From positions 42,814,328 to 42,878,327 of the forward strand of contig NC_069000.1 in NCBI RefSeq assembly GCF_001194135.2: a stretch of DNA of 64,000 bases. Direction: 5' to 3'. The position numbers and the translations under genes are program-made. The first letter of the stretch is position 1. Each line of letters begins with the position of its first letter. This DNA is from Octopus bimaculoides. Its lineage: Eukaryota. The notes beneath the pieces are model-generated. The model saw nothing but the letters and a program-made list of their open reading frames with translations, was not told where the DNA came from and ran no database searches. This document shows positions 14,211-27,045 of the stretch, piece after piece.

Positions 14211-16012
14211 TACGTTTCCATTTTCCCCGGACGCTAAACTAATACACCTGCTTAATGTTCCTACATTTGTCTTAGTTTTCTGTAAATTTGAACTATATAT
14301 ATACACACATATATNNNNNNNNNNNNNNNNNNNNNNNNNNNNNNNNNNNNNNNNNNNNNNNNNNNNNNNNNNNNNNNNNNNNNNNNNNNNNNNNNNNNNN
14401 NNNNNNNNNNNNNNNNNNNNNNNNNNNNNNNNNNNNNNNNNNNNNNNNNNNNNNNNNNNNNNNNNNNNNNNNNNNNNNNNNNNNNNNNNNNNNNNNNNNN
14501 NNNNNNNNNNNNNNNNNNNNNNNNNNNNNNNNNNNNNNNNNNNNNNNNNNNNNNNNNNNNNNNNNNNNNNNNNNNNNNNNNNNNNNNNNNNNNNNNNNNN
14601 NNNNNNNNNNNNNNNNNNNNNNNNNNNNNNNNNNNNNNNNNNNNNNNNNNNNNNNNNNNNNNNNNNNNNNNNNNNNNNNNNNNNNNNNNNNNNNNNNNNN
14701 NNNNNNNNNNNNNNNNNNNNNNNNNNNNNNNNNNNNNNNNNNNNNNNNNNNNNNNNNCACACACACATTTAGTAGATTTAGAAACGGTGACGAGTTTAGA
14801 TTTGGTAAATACCATAAATATAATTATATGCTTTCACTGAATATTGACTAGAAAATGTAGATTAATATTAGAACATAGAAACACCCCATAGAAACAAAAT
14901 GGTCGTTAGTAGGCGTGTAAAAGCACACATACATATTACATACAGAATATGCATGTCTTTCTCTCTCTCTCTCTATATATATATGTATATAGCGCTATTA
15001 GTGGTAAAGTATTTTATGGAAGTGTTATGTCGTATGAGCAGTATCGGTGTTAACGATGAACGTTGAGATAAAATATATTCTCGTGAGGTCAACGTGTTAA
15101 CAGCTGAGAATTAAAATACTGCCCACAGACACACACGCACACACTCTTACACACAGACACAGACACAGACACTCACTCATACGCATGTGTACTCTTAAGA
15201 GGCAATCACGTGGATTTTGCGTGAGTGAATGAAACAACGCCGCATCTGAAGGTTGTAAAGTTACAATACAGATAGAAAAGAGAGAGTGACAGGGAGAGAA
15301 ACAGAGAGACAGAGAGAGAGAGACATAGATAGAGATAAATAGATAGGGAGAGACAGAGAGAGACAGAGAGAGGGAGAGAGAAACAGAGAAAGAGAGAGAG
15401 AAAAAGAGAGAGAGAGTGTGAGGGAAACTGATAGAAACCTAGTAATGAAGAGGAACTTGATTTATCGATCGTTAAATTAGGAAATTGCAGAAAAGGTTTT
15501 GTCTGAATATGAAACTAGAACAAGAGCAATTAGTGACTTTTTAAATAGGCACAAGGATAAGGTCCGCAAGTTTAAGATTAGGGGTTTTTTTTGTGTATCA
15601 ACCCAGGTGGTGAGGAATGGGGAGAGGGTATGAAAGGCAAAGTTGATCTCAGCGGGATTCTCATAATCAGAACTTCCGCCGCAAGGTGTTTGTCCTGCCC
15701 GATCAAAATTCTTTGATGTGATGTACGAAGATTAATTGAGACAAACAATTCCCGTAGAAGTTCTATACCAGGCACCTACGCTAATGAATACGCAGGTATA
15801 AAACACACAGCGACACACATACACAAATGCATATGTACACACACAAACACATACACACGCTCCCACAGTCTGATTTGAACGCTTACACACACACACACAC
15901 ACACACATCTTTGTAGGAATTCACTCATGTACATGTGTGCATATGAGTATATATGCATGAATATATATGTGCATACATACACAAGTACATATATCATTTA
16001 TATATACATACA

Positions 16013-16105
<93 letters not shown>

Positions 16106-16231
16106 ATATTTATATATGTATATATATATATGTGCATATATGCATGTATATACATACATGCGTATATGCATATATGTGTGTGTGTGCATATGTATACATA
16201 TATATTTATATATACATACCTAAATACATGT

Positions 16232-16270
<39 letters not shown>

Positions 16271-16578
16271 CACATGTATACACATTCAAACATACACATA
16301 CGTATTCATAGGAAAGCCATATCCATCATAATTAGTAAACAAATATAATATTGCTGTGAAAATAGACTTTGGTAAAGAAATCACAGGAGAATGGTCAGTT
16401 AAGAATCTAGATCAAAAATACTAGCTTCATCTTTGATTAAAACCTGAATTGGGAATAAGAAGCTCATACTTCCAGCTGCCCACATAAAGAAGCGTACAGG
16501 TCGACGTAAAAACTGTCAACAAACAACTGCAATGACGTGATCTGTTCAGTTACGAGAATGACAGCCATTTAATAATGC

Positions 16579-16997
16579 TTTTTACTATAGAAATAAGATC
16601 TAAAATTTTAGGGAAGAGGAAAAGTCGATTTCAGCGACTAGTATGTTTATCACTGGTACTTAATTTGTCGACCACGAAAAGATAAAAGGCAAAGTCAACC
16701 TCGGTGGAATTTGATTTCAGACCGTAGCGATGGACGAAATACCGCCATGCATTTCGTCCAGCCTACTAGCGACACATTTTTTTGTTTCTACTCAAGGCCC
16801 GAAATTTTTGGGGAGAGGCCAGCCAATTAGATCGACCCCAGTACGCAACCGGTACTTAATATTTATCGATCTCGAAAGGATGAAATCAAAGTTAACCGCA
16901 GTGGAATTTGAACTCAGACCGTATCGACTGACGAAATACCGCCAAACATTTCGTCCAGCCTACTAGCGACACTTCTTTTTCTACTCAAGGCCCGAAA
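16579..16997 (-). mobile_element. Tandem SINE family A copies sharing a truncation junction
   Basis: TTTCGTCCAGCCTACTAGCGACAC...TCTACTCAAGGCCCGAAA occurs twice, about 200 bp apart. Confidence 0.85.
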
Positions 16998-18831
16998 CAG
17001 ATTGTTGAAACAAATCCGTCAATTGGAATCGAACTCTCTACCTCTCTTGCATAAGACATCCATCTAACTAACTGTTTCTCAACCATTTTTTCCTATGGAC
17101 CCTTTAGATTGCCATTTGACATTTAAAAAAAAATAATATCTATTTTTATATATAAATATTATAGGAGTTGTCTAAAACATTGCTAAAACATTTATATAAT
17201 ATAGACATATAACCAATTTATTGGACATAGATTTTAACAAAAATGAAAACAAAAAAAAAAATGTTTGATGGACTCCAAGAGCGATATGTAGACCAGTTGA
17301 GAACTAATGATATAATCGATTACGTCATATTCATTATTTAGTCGTGTGAATAGAGTAGTAACATTGATAGACATTCTGTTATAGAAAATAGATTCATATG
17401 TAATATTTTGTTTATAATCCTCAAGTATGGGATACGCCGTAATTATATGTAGATTATCGAGCTCTCTACATGACAGATGTGTATAATGTTTCTTCATGTC
17501 GAAATATTAATAAAACCGACATGTGATGTCTTCATAGACACGAGATGGTTCGTACACATACAACGTGCAGATCGACTAAAAACACAATACTCACGCAAAC
17601 ACAAACACATACGCAAACACATACATATATATATACATACATACATACACATATACATACATACACATATACATACATACATACATGCATATATATACAT
17701 ACATATCTATATATATATACACTTCCATAAAANNNNNNNNNNNNNNNNNNNNNNNNNNNNNNNNNNNNNNNNNNNNNNNNNNNNNNNNNNNNNNNNNNNN
17801 NNNNNNNNNNNNNNNNNNNNNNNNNNNNNNNNNNNNNNNNNNNNNNNNNNNNNNNNNNNNNNNNNNNNNNNNNNNNNNNNNNNNNNNNNNNNNNNNNNNN
17901 NNNNNNNNNNNNNNNNNNNNNNNNNNNNNNNNNNNNNNNNNNNNNNNNNNNNNNNNNNNNNNNNNNNNNNNNNNNNNNNNNNNNNNNNNNNNNNNNNNNN
18001 NNNNNNNNNNNNNNNNNNNNNNNNNNNNNNNNNNNNNNNNNNNNNNNNNNNNNNNNNNNNNNNNNNNNNNNNNNNNNNNNNNNNNNNNNNNNNNNNNNNN
18101 NNTATATATATATATATATATATATATATGCGTGTGTGTGTGTTTGCGTATACACTCACACAGTTCCCACTAGCTTACGCATGTATATATGTGTGCATAT
18201 GATCGTCTACGTTTGCGTGCGTATGTATGTATGTATGTATGTATGCATGTGCACCCATAAGCATATATATTTTCTGCCCAATTTGACAGCCGAGCCTATC
18301 ACTCGTAATACATGCTGGCATCAATCAATCGAAATTACTTGTTAGGATATCCGATACGTTTTAATTCAGTGTCCATTATATTTAGTCGATATGTCCCAAA
18401 TCACCTGTCACATATCTAATCATATATGTCAGTGACAAAATAAGAAGCACCAGTCCATTGGTAAAATTGAATAAAATAACTAATTCACTCATGGCGTTCT
18501 ATTGGTTTCGTCATTGTTATGCTATACAAATACACGCATCATCGTTAATGTAAACCTCATAACATGATTGCTAATCTTATCTAAAAACCACTGGCCGTTG
18601 ATAGCAGATAGATCCCCTTGTCTATTGTTTCATTGAGTCAAATGTATACGAAATACGAGGAGATGAATATTTGTATTTCTGCCTTACCCTCTCCTTCTCT
18701 TCCTCCCCTGATTTCTCCTTCGTTCTCTTCTTTATTCTCTCCGCCTGCTCCTCCGTTTTCTCCGCCTCCTCTCATCTACATAGGATGGCATTTCGTAGAG
18801 TTGTTTGAATGGTGTACGATATATTTATAAC

Positions 18832-19136
18832 TGGAGGCGCAATGGCCCACTGGTTGGGGCAGCGGACTCGCGGTCGTAGGATCGCGGTTTCGATTCCCAG
18901 ACCAGGCGTTGTGTGTGTTTATTGAGCGAAACACCTAAACTCCACGAGGTTCCGGCAGGGGTGGTGGCAACCCCTGTTGTAATCTTTCGCCCCAACTTTC
19001 TCTCACTCTTTCTTCCTGTTTCTTGAGTAACGCTGCGATGGACTGGCGTCCCGTCCATCTGAGTGGGGGGGGGGGACACATACGCCATAGAAACCGGGAA
19101 ACCTGGCCCATGAGTCTGGCTGGGCTTGGAAAGGGC
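18832..19136 (+). mobile_element. SINE with family C head but a different 3' module
   Basis: Head and body nearly match 46352-46550, then switch to GCTGCGATGGACTGGCGTCCCGTCC...GAAACCGGGAAAC. Confidence 0.88.
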
Positions 19137-20216
19137 GAAAGAAGAGACCGATAGAATAGGTACTAGGCTTACAAAGAATAAGTCCTGGGATCGATTTGCT
19201 CGACTAAAGGCGGTGCTCCAGCATGGCCACAGTCAAATGACTGAAAGTAAAAGAGTATGGAAACAAGGTTAACGACCCTGAGATCCTAAGACTCGGAAAT
19301 ACTAATGTCCTGGGGACATTATTTTTACATTTGCATCGCTTACAGAATCGTTAGAGTGATGGACGAAATATCTATATATTACTTATATATCTTACAATAC
19401 ATGCTTCTGCGCAGTAATACTTATTTCTTAACGATCATGCTGGCTATTTGCTAGATTAGTGATTGAACAGTCACTGTTATTCTATTGGTGTGTGTAGATA
19501 TTTGTATGCATGTGTGCATATGTGTGTGTGTATTTATGCGTTTTGCAACACAATAGATACGAACATGTTTACACACATAATGCAAAAGAAAAGTTAATAA
19601 TGACTGCGAATCGAGATATGCAATTGATTGAAAACTCGTAACGTATCAATTCTCCACTTGAATAATGAGTGAAACGAAAAGAAACAGTGAAAGACTGAAA
19701 GAAACCGAAATAGAGAAACAGAGGTTAACATATAGATAGACAGATTGAAACACAGAGAGAAGGAGTGAGCGAAAGTTGCATGTTAGAATGAAAATGCAAT
19801 GGCGGCTAATCTCGCGTTTCTCCAACAATGAGCGCTATACATTGCCTCACATTGCTCTACTGTTTCATATTATTGTGTATCATTATGCGTAAGCCGTCGT
19901 AATTATATCCATCGGAAGACGATGCTTTTCGTACTTAATGTTATCGCTGTCCTGCAATCGTTTTTGTTGCGGTTACCAATTAACAACCGAACAGGCAGCT
20001 GATAATCTCACAAAGCCGAAAGTTATCTGAACAGTTCTTTATTAAACAAATTCTAGGGTTAGTTCCAATCTTTCTTTTCACACGTCTTGCAAATACTATT
20101 GAATGGCCGTTTATACCAGAATAGCACCCTATAGGGAAATCACATTTGCAGACATGGTATTAGTTGAGATTAGCTCATTATGGGACACCATGAATAATAT
20201 CATTAGTAACTAAAAC

Positions 20217-20264
<48 letters not shown>

Positions 20265-20272
20265 TATTAATC

Positions 20273-20482
20273 TAAGGCGTTGGAGAAAATGCTGAGTAGC
20301 ATTTCCTCCGGCATTAAGATTAGAGCTCAAATTCCACTGACCTCGACTTTGCCTTTGATCCATTCGAGTTCGATAAAATAAATACCAGTTCAGTACTGGG
20401 TCGATGTGATCGACTAGGTTCCGTCCCCCAAATTTTAAGCCTTCTGCCTATAGTAGAAAGGATTATTATTATTATTATTATT
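20273..20482 (+). mobile_element. SINE family A copy with (ATT)n tail
   Basis: GAGCTCAAATTCC B box, CTCGACTTTGCCTTTGATCC core, GTAGAAAGGATTATT tail. Confidence 0.8.
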
Positions 20483-20991
20483 GAGTGAGAGAGCTGTGCA
20501 TGCCATCAAAGTAAAATATACGATGCCCTGTATGCCGATCATGACTACCCGTCTGATAAGGGTACACCAGGCACATGCATCACTACCATATGTACCATGG
20601 TTATCTCATATCAAGATAAACAGCGCATGACCTTGCAAGTGAGACCCAGTTAGAATTTTCTTTGGGTCGAGTAGCTCATCCCGCTCAAATGATCCCTGAA
20701 TAAGGGTTGTTTAAGGATGTTGAACAAATGTCCATGTTTCCAAAGGTGAATTATCCAAACCCCAAAGGATTTCTCTCAACACATGGCTATGATGCTCCCC
20801 AATAACTTTGCTTGTAATCAGAGATGCACATATCGTCATCCACTAAGGGATATTCTCAACTCGTTAAGGTTAAGCAATTGGTTAAGGTTAAGCAGAATAT
20901 TTGTTGCAGACAAAACAATGTACATGATAACACTTGCAATCAGTTAACATCAGAAGCCATGAGAGCCACTGCCTGGTACTGCATCAGGACA
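20483..20991 (-). mobile_element. About 510-bp non-coding interspersed element bounded by (ATT)n on both sides
   Basis: Complex sequence of higher GC, sharply delimited by (TTA)n runs at 20461-20482 and 20992-21012. I recall it as a common octopus repeat, which is unverified. Orientation is inferred from the (AAT)n tail. Confidence 0.55.
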
Positions 20992-21012
20992 TCATTATTA
21001 TTATTATTATTT

Positions 21013-21560
21013 TTATCATCCGTTTTATACGGATATTAACCATTATATTATCCCATTCCTTATAACTGCCAAGCCAGCGTGTGCATGTGGTTGTATTGGC
21101 ATAATGGCCCTCCCGAGCCTAAAGCAAAATATGTTTGAACAGGCGTGTTCATATGAAATGACTTGCAAGCCAAAAACAAAAACCATGACGAAGGGAAATA
21201 GACAGAAGTATTTTTCTGAGAATATGAACAATTCCAAGAACGGTAGATATTTGGCACGGAGCAGCTGTGCATTTGTGAGTGAGCCCAATCGATCCAGGTT
21301 GTAATATTTCATTGTAGCAGATTGAACCTAATGCTTCAAAGTTAACTCTTACTAACTAATAATACTTTTTTCCAGATCTTTCGCTACTTCCTTGGTAGTA
21401 ATGTTTCTGTGTGAATGAAATGCAACGTCTATTAGGAGGTATTCTGTTTCCATATGTCATATTAAATGATATCTTGCCTTCGATGTGCATTTGTTTTTAT
21501 CTGTCTGGATGTCAAAATCATATAGAATTTTTTGGTTTCCCAGCATCAATTACTGTCAGT
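21013..21560 (-). mobile_element. 3' end of an R4/Dong-like non-LTR retrotransposon (restriction-like endonuclease remnant plus 3' UTR)
   Basis: Minus-strand frameshifted pieces ILYDFDIQTDK, AHRRQDII, EYLLIDVA, KEVAKDLE, ALGSI and QISTVLGIVHILRKIL match the RLE-clade order ILWDFxIQTD / RPD / LIDVA / KYxDL / GALG / LGTAHILRK. The element ends in an (AAT)n tail. Confidence 0.85.
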
Positions 21561-21969
21561 TTTAGAACAAAATAGCAGCACTTATCTAAAGTGTTTGATC
21601 CATATTTTTATTTGTCTCTGCTGAGTGACCGACGTAAATTGTGACAAGTCTTCATAATGGCGTCGCTTACATTTATTTTCTGAGCTAACATTTTGCAGTA
21701 TGCTAAAATGCGGTCATTATTAATTTATTAATTTCATTCTGCGGCAGTTTCGTGCAAGTTTCTACTGCACCACCTTGTGCACCGCGAAGAACCTGAGATG
21801 TATAAGGCAACGTGTTTTTACATTTGCAAGGATTTGGGGTGTGAAGAAACCTCGTGCTGGTCTACTGCTGGAGTTTGTCTTGTTACGGAATTTAGTTTCT
21901 TGTTTCTTGTTAAATTCTGTTTTGTGTGGGAAGCGTAATGCGAGTTGCGTTATTTATTTGGATCTTAAT

Positions 21970-22420
21970 CCCATAAGGAGCTAAACATTAGAGGAGACAA
22001 ACAAGGACAGGCAAAGGGATTAAGTCGATTACATCGACCCCAGTGCGTAACTGGTACTTAATTTATCAACCCCGAAAGGATGAACGGCAAAGTCGACCTC
22101 GGCGGAATTTGAACTCAGAACGTAAAAACAGACGAAATACCGCTAAGCATTTCGCCCGATATGCTAACGATTCTGCCAGCTCGCCACCTTATGAAATCCA
22201 ATAATTCTTTCTACTATAAGCGCAAGGACTGAAATTTTAGGGTAGGAGTAAGTCGATCATATCAACCTCAGTGCTCAAATGGTACTTATTTTATCGACCC
22301 CGAAAGAATGAAAATCAAAGTCGATCGCAGCAGAATTTGAACTCATAATTTAGCGACAGGCGAAATACCACTAAGCATTTTTCCCCAGTGTGCTAACGAT
22401 TCTGCCAGCTTGCTACCTTA
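21970..22420 (-). mobile_element. Two tandem SINE family A copies with different tails
   Basis: 21970-22190 has the GCTAAACA..GACAAACAAGGACAG tail; 22205-22420 has the CTACT..CACAAGG..GAAATTTT tail. Confidence 0.9.
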
Positions 22421-23554
22421 CAAAATCTAAATAATGAAACCAAGCAATATGTTAGATAACAAAAACGATAGACAAACTAACAAATATTTCAGTAAGAGTG
22501 AACTAGCCAAAGAATAACATTATCTAATGAAGGCACAGCTATAAAGCAATATATTTGACGCATTAAATTAATACTTACTTCCGAACTAAATGGCAAAAAT
22601 AAAATAATAAGTGTCAATATACGCAACAGATTCTATAATAAATGTACTCAGCTGACAGTTAGGAGAATTAGCACGGCTAGACAGAAAATGTAGGAGAATA
22701 ATTATAATGCATTTAGTTTACACTAGACAATAGCCGAGAGCAAAATATATTTACTGCTTTTATGTGAAGTGTTTTTCAACTAAAAACTCTTATATCTATT
22801 GCTGGACAGCAGAAATATCCACTAAAAGACATTAAAAAATAAATAAATAAATATCGTTAAAAAGACGTGAAAAACTATAATACAAACAATTACGTCATCG
22901 TGGACGCCAAAGAAATATATGGATATTTAGATATTTCTGAAGAGAATGAATTAAAATAACAACGGAGAACGGAAAATGTTATTAAAACGCTTCCCTACAT
23001 AGACACACGCACACACATACACAAACGCGCAAGCGCACAAACGCAACCGAAAAGCAATGAAAACAACAACTCAACAGGTAAACAGCTTCTTTCGAGATGT
23101 AATTACGGAAAAAAAGTCATTTTCCTCCGAGTTATGATCATTGAAGTATATATGAGGATGTCTAGACATGCGACAAAATGCATGAGAATACATTCATAAA
23201 ACAAAACATACATACATACATACATACATACATACATACATACATACCCTGTTGAAGTTGGTGAAATTCCAACGAAGGCACTTTGGATCTAGGTTAGAAA
23301 CCGGTTCTTTCTCAATTGGTAAGAAATCTTGAAATAAAACTGAAAAATGATATACATACACATACATACATACACACATAAATACATGCATACATATTCT
23401 TTTCATTCTTTTATTCTTTTGTTTTAGTCATTTGACTGCGGCCATACAGGAGCACAACTCTGACTTTCTATTTTGAAGCCTAGTGGTTATTCTGTTTTGC
23501 CAAACCGCTAAGTTACGGGGACGTAAGCTCACCAAAACCGGTTGTCAAGTGGTG

Positions 23555-23592
<38 letters not shown>

Positions 23593-24013
23593 NNNNNNNN
23601 NNNNNNNNNNNNNNNNNNNNNNNNNNNNNNNNNNNNNNNNNNNNNNNNNNNNNNNNNNNNNNNNNNNNNNNNNNNNNNNNNNNNNNNNNNNNNNNNNNNN
23701 NNNNNNNNNNNNNNNNNNNNCCTACCGAAAACTGGTTTGACTTCAAAGAAGCGTATGGGGAGGGTCTTTCATTACGAGTAAAGAAGCCGAGACTCGTGCG
23801 AATTTTTGTCTTGAAGTACGAGCGGAAATCCGCAGTACGGGCGAGTTTCATACAAGCAACTGTTTATCGGTGCTAAACTCGCGAACGTTCTTCCAGAGGG
23901 CAAGCTCTTCGCTCACTTAGTTCACGTGTTTATTTCCGCTTTTGTTTAGTTTTGTGCATTTTTTGCTATTATTTTATAATAATTAGTTGTGTTAGCCATG
24001 GGTCCTAAGAAGG

Positions 24014-24330
24014 TTAGTGTAAACAATTCTTACCTTCTTTCGATAGAAAATCAAGCGGGTCAATTTTTACTGTAGACTCAGTCGATAGCTGTACTCTTCC
24101 CGCACTTGACAACAGTTGTTCAGCATAAACCCAAACGTCCGACACCTCCGAACGCTGGACAATAGCGTGCGGGGCGGTTTCCCTATCCCGCTCGCATTTT
24201 GGACAGGTCGGTGGGCCGTGGCCACCATGCCTTTTGAGCTTGTCCTGAACAGGTAAAACTCCTCGGTAACACTGCCATGCTAGAGACTTTTGAAAGAAGC
24301 CCCACGTGCTCAATAGTAGTATTTATAGTT
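24014..24330 (-). mobile_element. L1/Tx1-type LINE ORF2 C-terminal zf-RVT remnant
   Basis: FQKSLAWQCYRGVLPVQDKLKRHG...TCPKCERDRETAPHAIVQRSEVSDVW fits the zf-RVT pattern W-x-LP-x-D-L-x-CPxC-x-ET-x-H-x-W. Confidence 0.85.
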
Positions 24331-25201
24331 CGCCCACACAGTAAAAGGCACGTCAAATAATACCACCTACGCCTTAAACAGTCACATGACCACAGTGAAT
24401 TATCTTTTCGTCTTCGTTTGCAAAAACAGAGGGTGGTATTCAAATTTGCGTCGTACGAACGGGAAATTATCTGAAAACAATTTTTCGTTCATAATAATAA
24501 TATATTTGCCAGTTCAACCCGTCTGCCATATTCTCAACTATTTTCCTTTTGTATCCTCCGCAAGGCTACCTTCTTTACTTAACACTTTCCGTCTGTACGT
24601 CCTTCTCTTATGATAAACTCATCTTCAACATTGCTGTTTCGATATTCAATTTTCTATTTTATTTCTCCCAGTTTCATGTTCGATAGAGAACCTTAATGCT
24701 TTATAAAGCACCTTTAGTACAACTTCAGAAGGTGTTTGGATAAATTTCGAGTTTATATCACACGCGAGCTAAATATTGTATAAACCCGTTTGTATATTAT
24801 TAGTAATACAGTGGAAAACCAGCAGGATTGTAATAATTTCTTCCTACCAACGACACTTAAGTTGACCACAAGCAAACTTAAAACATATTATTTCTTCAGA
24901 ATGTTTCGTTAAATCGAATTGGCTGCATCTGGAATTTCGGGGAATAATGCTAGCCACAAGCATAATGACGACCCGCAGCAAAATAAGGCATTTTAAAGAA
25001 ATGTCACAGATTAATCTAATTGTGTGTATGCATTTATGCATATACATACCGTACATACATACATACGTATGTACATGCATACATACATACATACATGTAT
25101 GCATATGTATACATAAATACGTATGTATGTATATACATATGTATAGTCATTCATTTAATTACTTCTTTCAGTCATTTGACTTCTTCTTCTTCTTCTTCTT
25201 C

Positions 25202-25238
<37 letters not shown>

Positions 25239-25241
25239 CAT

Positions 25242-25468
25242 CAAGTCGGCGAGCTGGCAGAATCGTTAGCACGCCGGGCGAAATACTTAGGAGTATTTCG
25301 CCCGTCGCTACGTACTGAGTTCAAATTCCCCAGTGGTTAACTAAGTCTTTCATCTCTTCGGTGTCGATGAATCAAGTACCAGTGAAATACTGGGGTTAAT
25401 GTAATCGACTTACCCCCTCCCACAAAATGGCTGTCCTTGTGGCAAAATTTGAAACTATCATTATTATT
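25242..25468 (+). mobile_element. SINE family A, full length
   Basis: GGCGAGCTGGCAGAATCGTTAGCACGCCGGGCGAAAT head, GAGTTCAAATTCC box, ATT tail; preceded by (CTT)n(ATT)n. Confidence 0.9.
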
Positions 25469-26120
25469 GTCTGGTATCGATGTAGATTCTATGAGTTGAG
25501 TGAGTTAAAAAAAATTGTGATTAGTTTCACAAGTAAAATCTATCTCTATGAATTTTTTGTTTGTAATTTGTTTTTTTTCTGCGTGAACTGTTAAAGAAAA
25601 AAAAGGTGACAACTTGAGTAATTTGTTTTCTTTTGACTTTAGAAAAGAAAATAATTCGTTTGATCCTTCANNNNNNNNNNNNNNNNNNNNNNNNNNNNNN
25701 NNNNNNNNNNNNNNNNNNNNNNNNNNNNNNNNNNNNNNNNNNNNNNNNNNNNNNNNNNNNNNNNNNNNNNNNNNNNNNNNNNNNNNNNNNNNNNNNNNNN
25801 NNNNNNNNNNNNNNNNNNNNNNNNNNNNNNNNNNNNNNNNNNNNNNNNNNNNNNNNNNNNNNNNNNNNNNNNNNNNNNNNNNNNNNNNNNNNNNNNNNNN
25901 NNNNNNNNNNNNNNNNNNNNNNNNNNNNNNNNNNNNNNNNNNNNNNNNNNNNNNNNNNNNNNNNNNNNNNNNNNNNNNNNNNNNNNNNNNNNNNNNNNNN
26001 NNNNNNNNNNNNNNNNNNNNNNNNNNNNNNNNNNNNNNNNNNNNNNNNNNNNNNNNNNNNNNNNNNNNNNNNNNNNNNNNNNNNNNNNNNNNNNNNNNNN
26101 NNNNNNNNNNNNNNNNNNNN

Positions 26121-26166
<46 letters not shown>

Positions 26167-26649
26167 AGTAAATAGTGGGGTTGTGTTATATATATACACG
26201 GCGGGCTTCCACACAGTATCTGTCTACCAAATCCCGTCACAAGGTAACATTGGGTCTGATACTAGAGCAGAAGACACCTAGGTGCTGCGCGATGGAATTG
26301 AACTGGAAACACCAAGTTTGCAAAACAACCTTGTTAACTACACAGCAGTGCGTTCACCAATAAGTAAATCTGAGGAAAATTTGGTAGTTCTTTCTTGTAG
26401 ACCGGAGTCGAAGTTGAACCATTTTTGTAATTATGAGAAAGAACAAATATTTCCGGCTTCCGAACGGTGGGGGATGGGGGTGGAGTCACGTGACATGAGA
26501 TTGATTTGCAATATTTTATTGGGTGTTTCAGTGAAAACACTTATCCATCTCTGATTATTTTCTTATTAATGACAAAAACTGACAGCCATCATGAATGATG
26601 ATAGTTTTGGTGCTGATGGCTATGTTTTAATATGATTTCTAATTTAGGG

Positions 26650-26871
26650 ATAATCATAATGAAGATGACGACAACGACGATGAGGACGTCGATGATGATG
26701 ATGATGATGATGGTGATGGTGATGGTGACTGTGGTGACGACGCAAATGATTATTGTGGTGATGGCAAAATAATGGCAAGGATGATAATGATGGGCAAGAC
26801 GACGACGATGATGGTGATGACAATGATGATGATGATGAAGAGGCAAAGGATGACGCTAATGATGATGATTG

Positions 26872-26916
<45 letters not shown>

Positions 26917-27045
26917 CGACGACGATAATGACGACAGCAACGACAATACCGTCATCGGCGATGAACGACGACGTAGGCGACAGTGATGATAATTGCGATT
27001 ATGATAATGATATGCAGGACCACGACGGCGATGATGATAAAGTGC
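26650..27045. repeat. Cryptic (GAT/GAC)n trinucleotide tract
   Basis: Degenerate GAT repeats with a near-perfect core at about 26870-26915; source of the poly-M, poly-D and poly-S ORFs. Confidence 0.95.

Noticed and set aside
18832-18905. tRNA gene (also heads at 46352, 28347, 33304 and 42900-42955)
   Set aside because: A and B boxes are present but no closed acceptor stem was seen, and most continue into SINE bodies.
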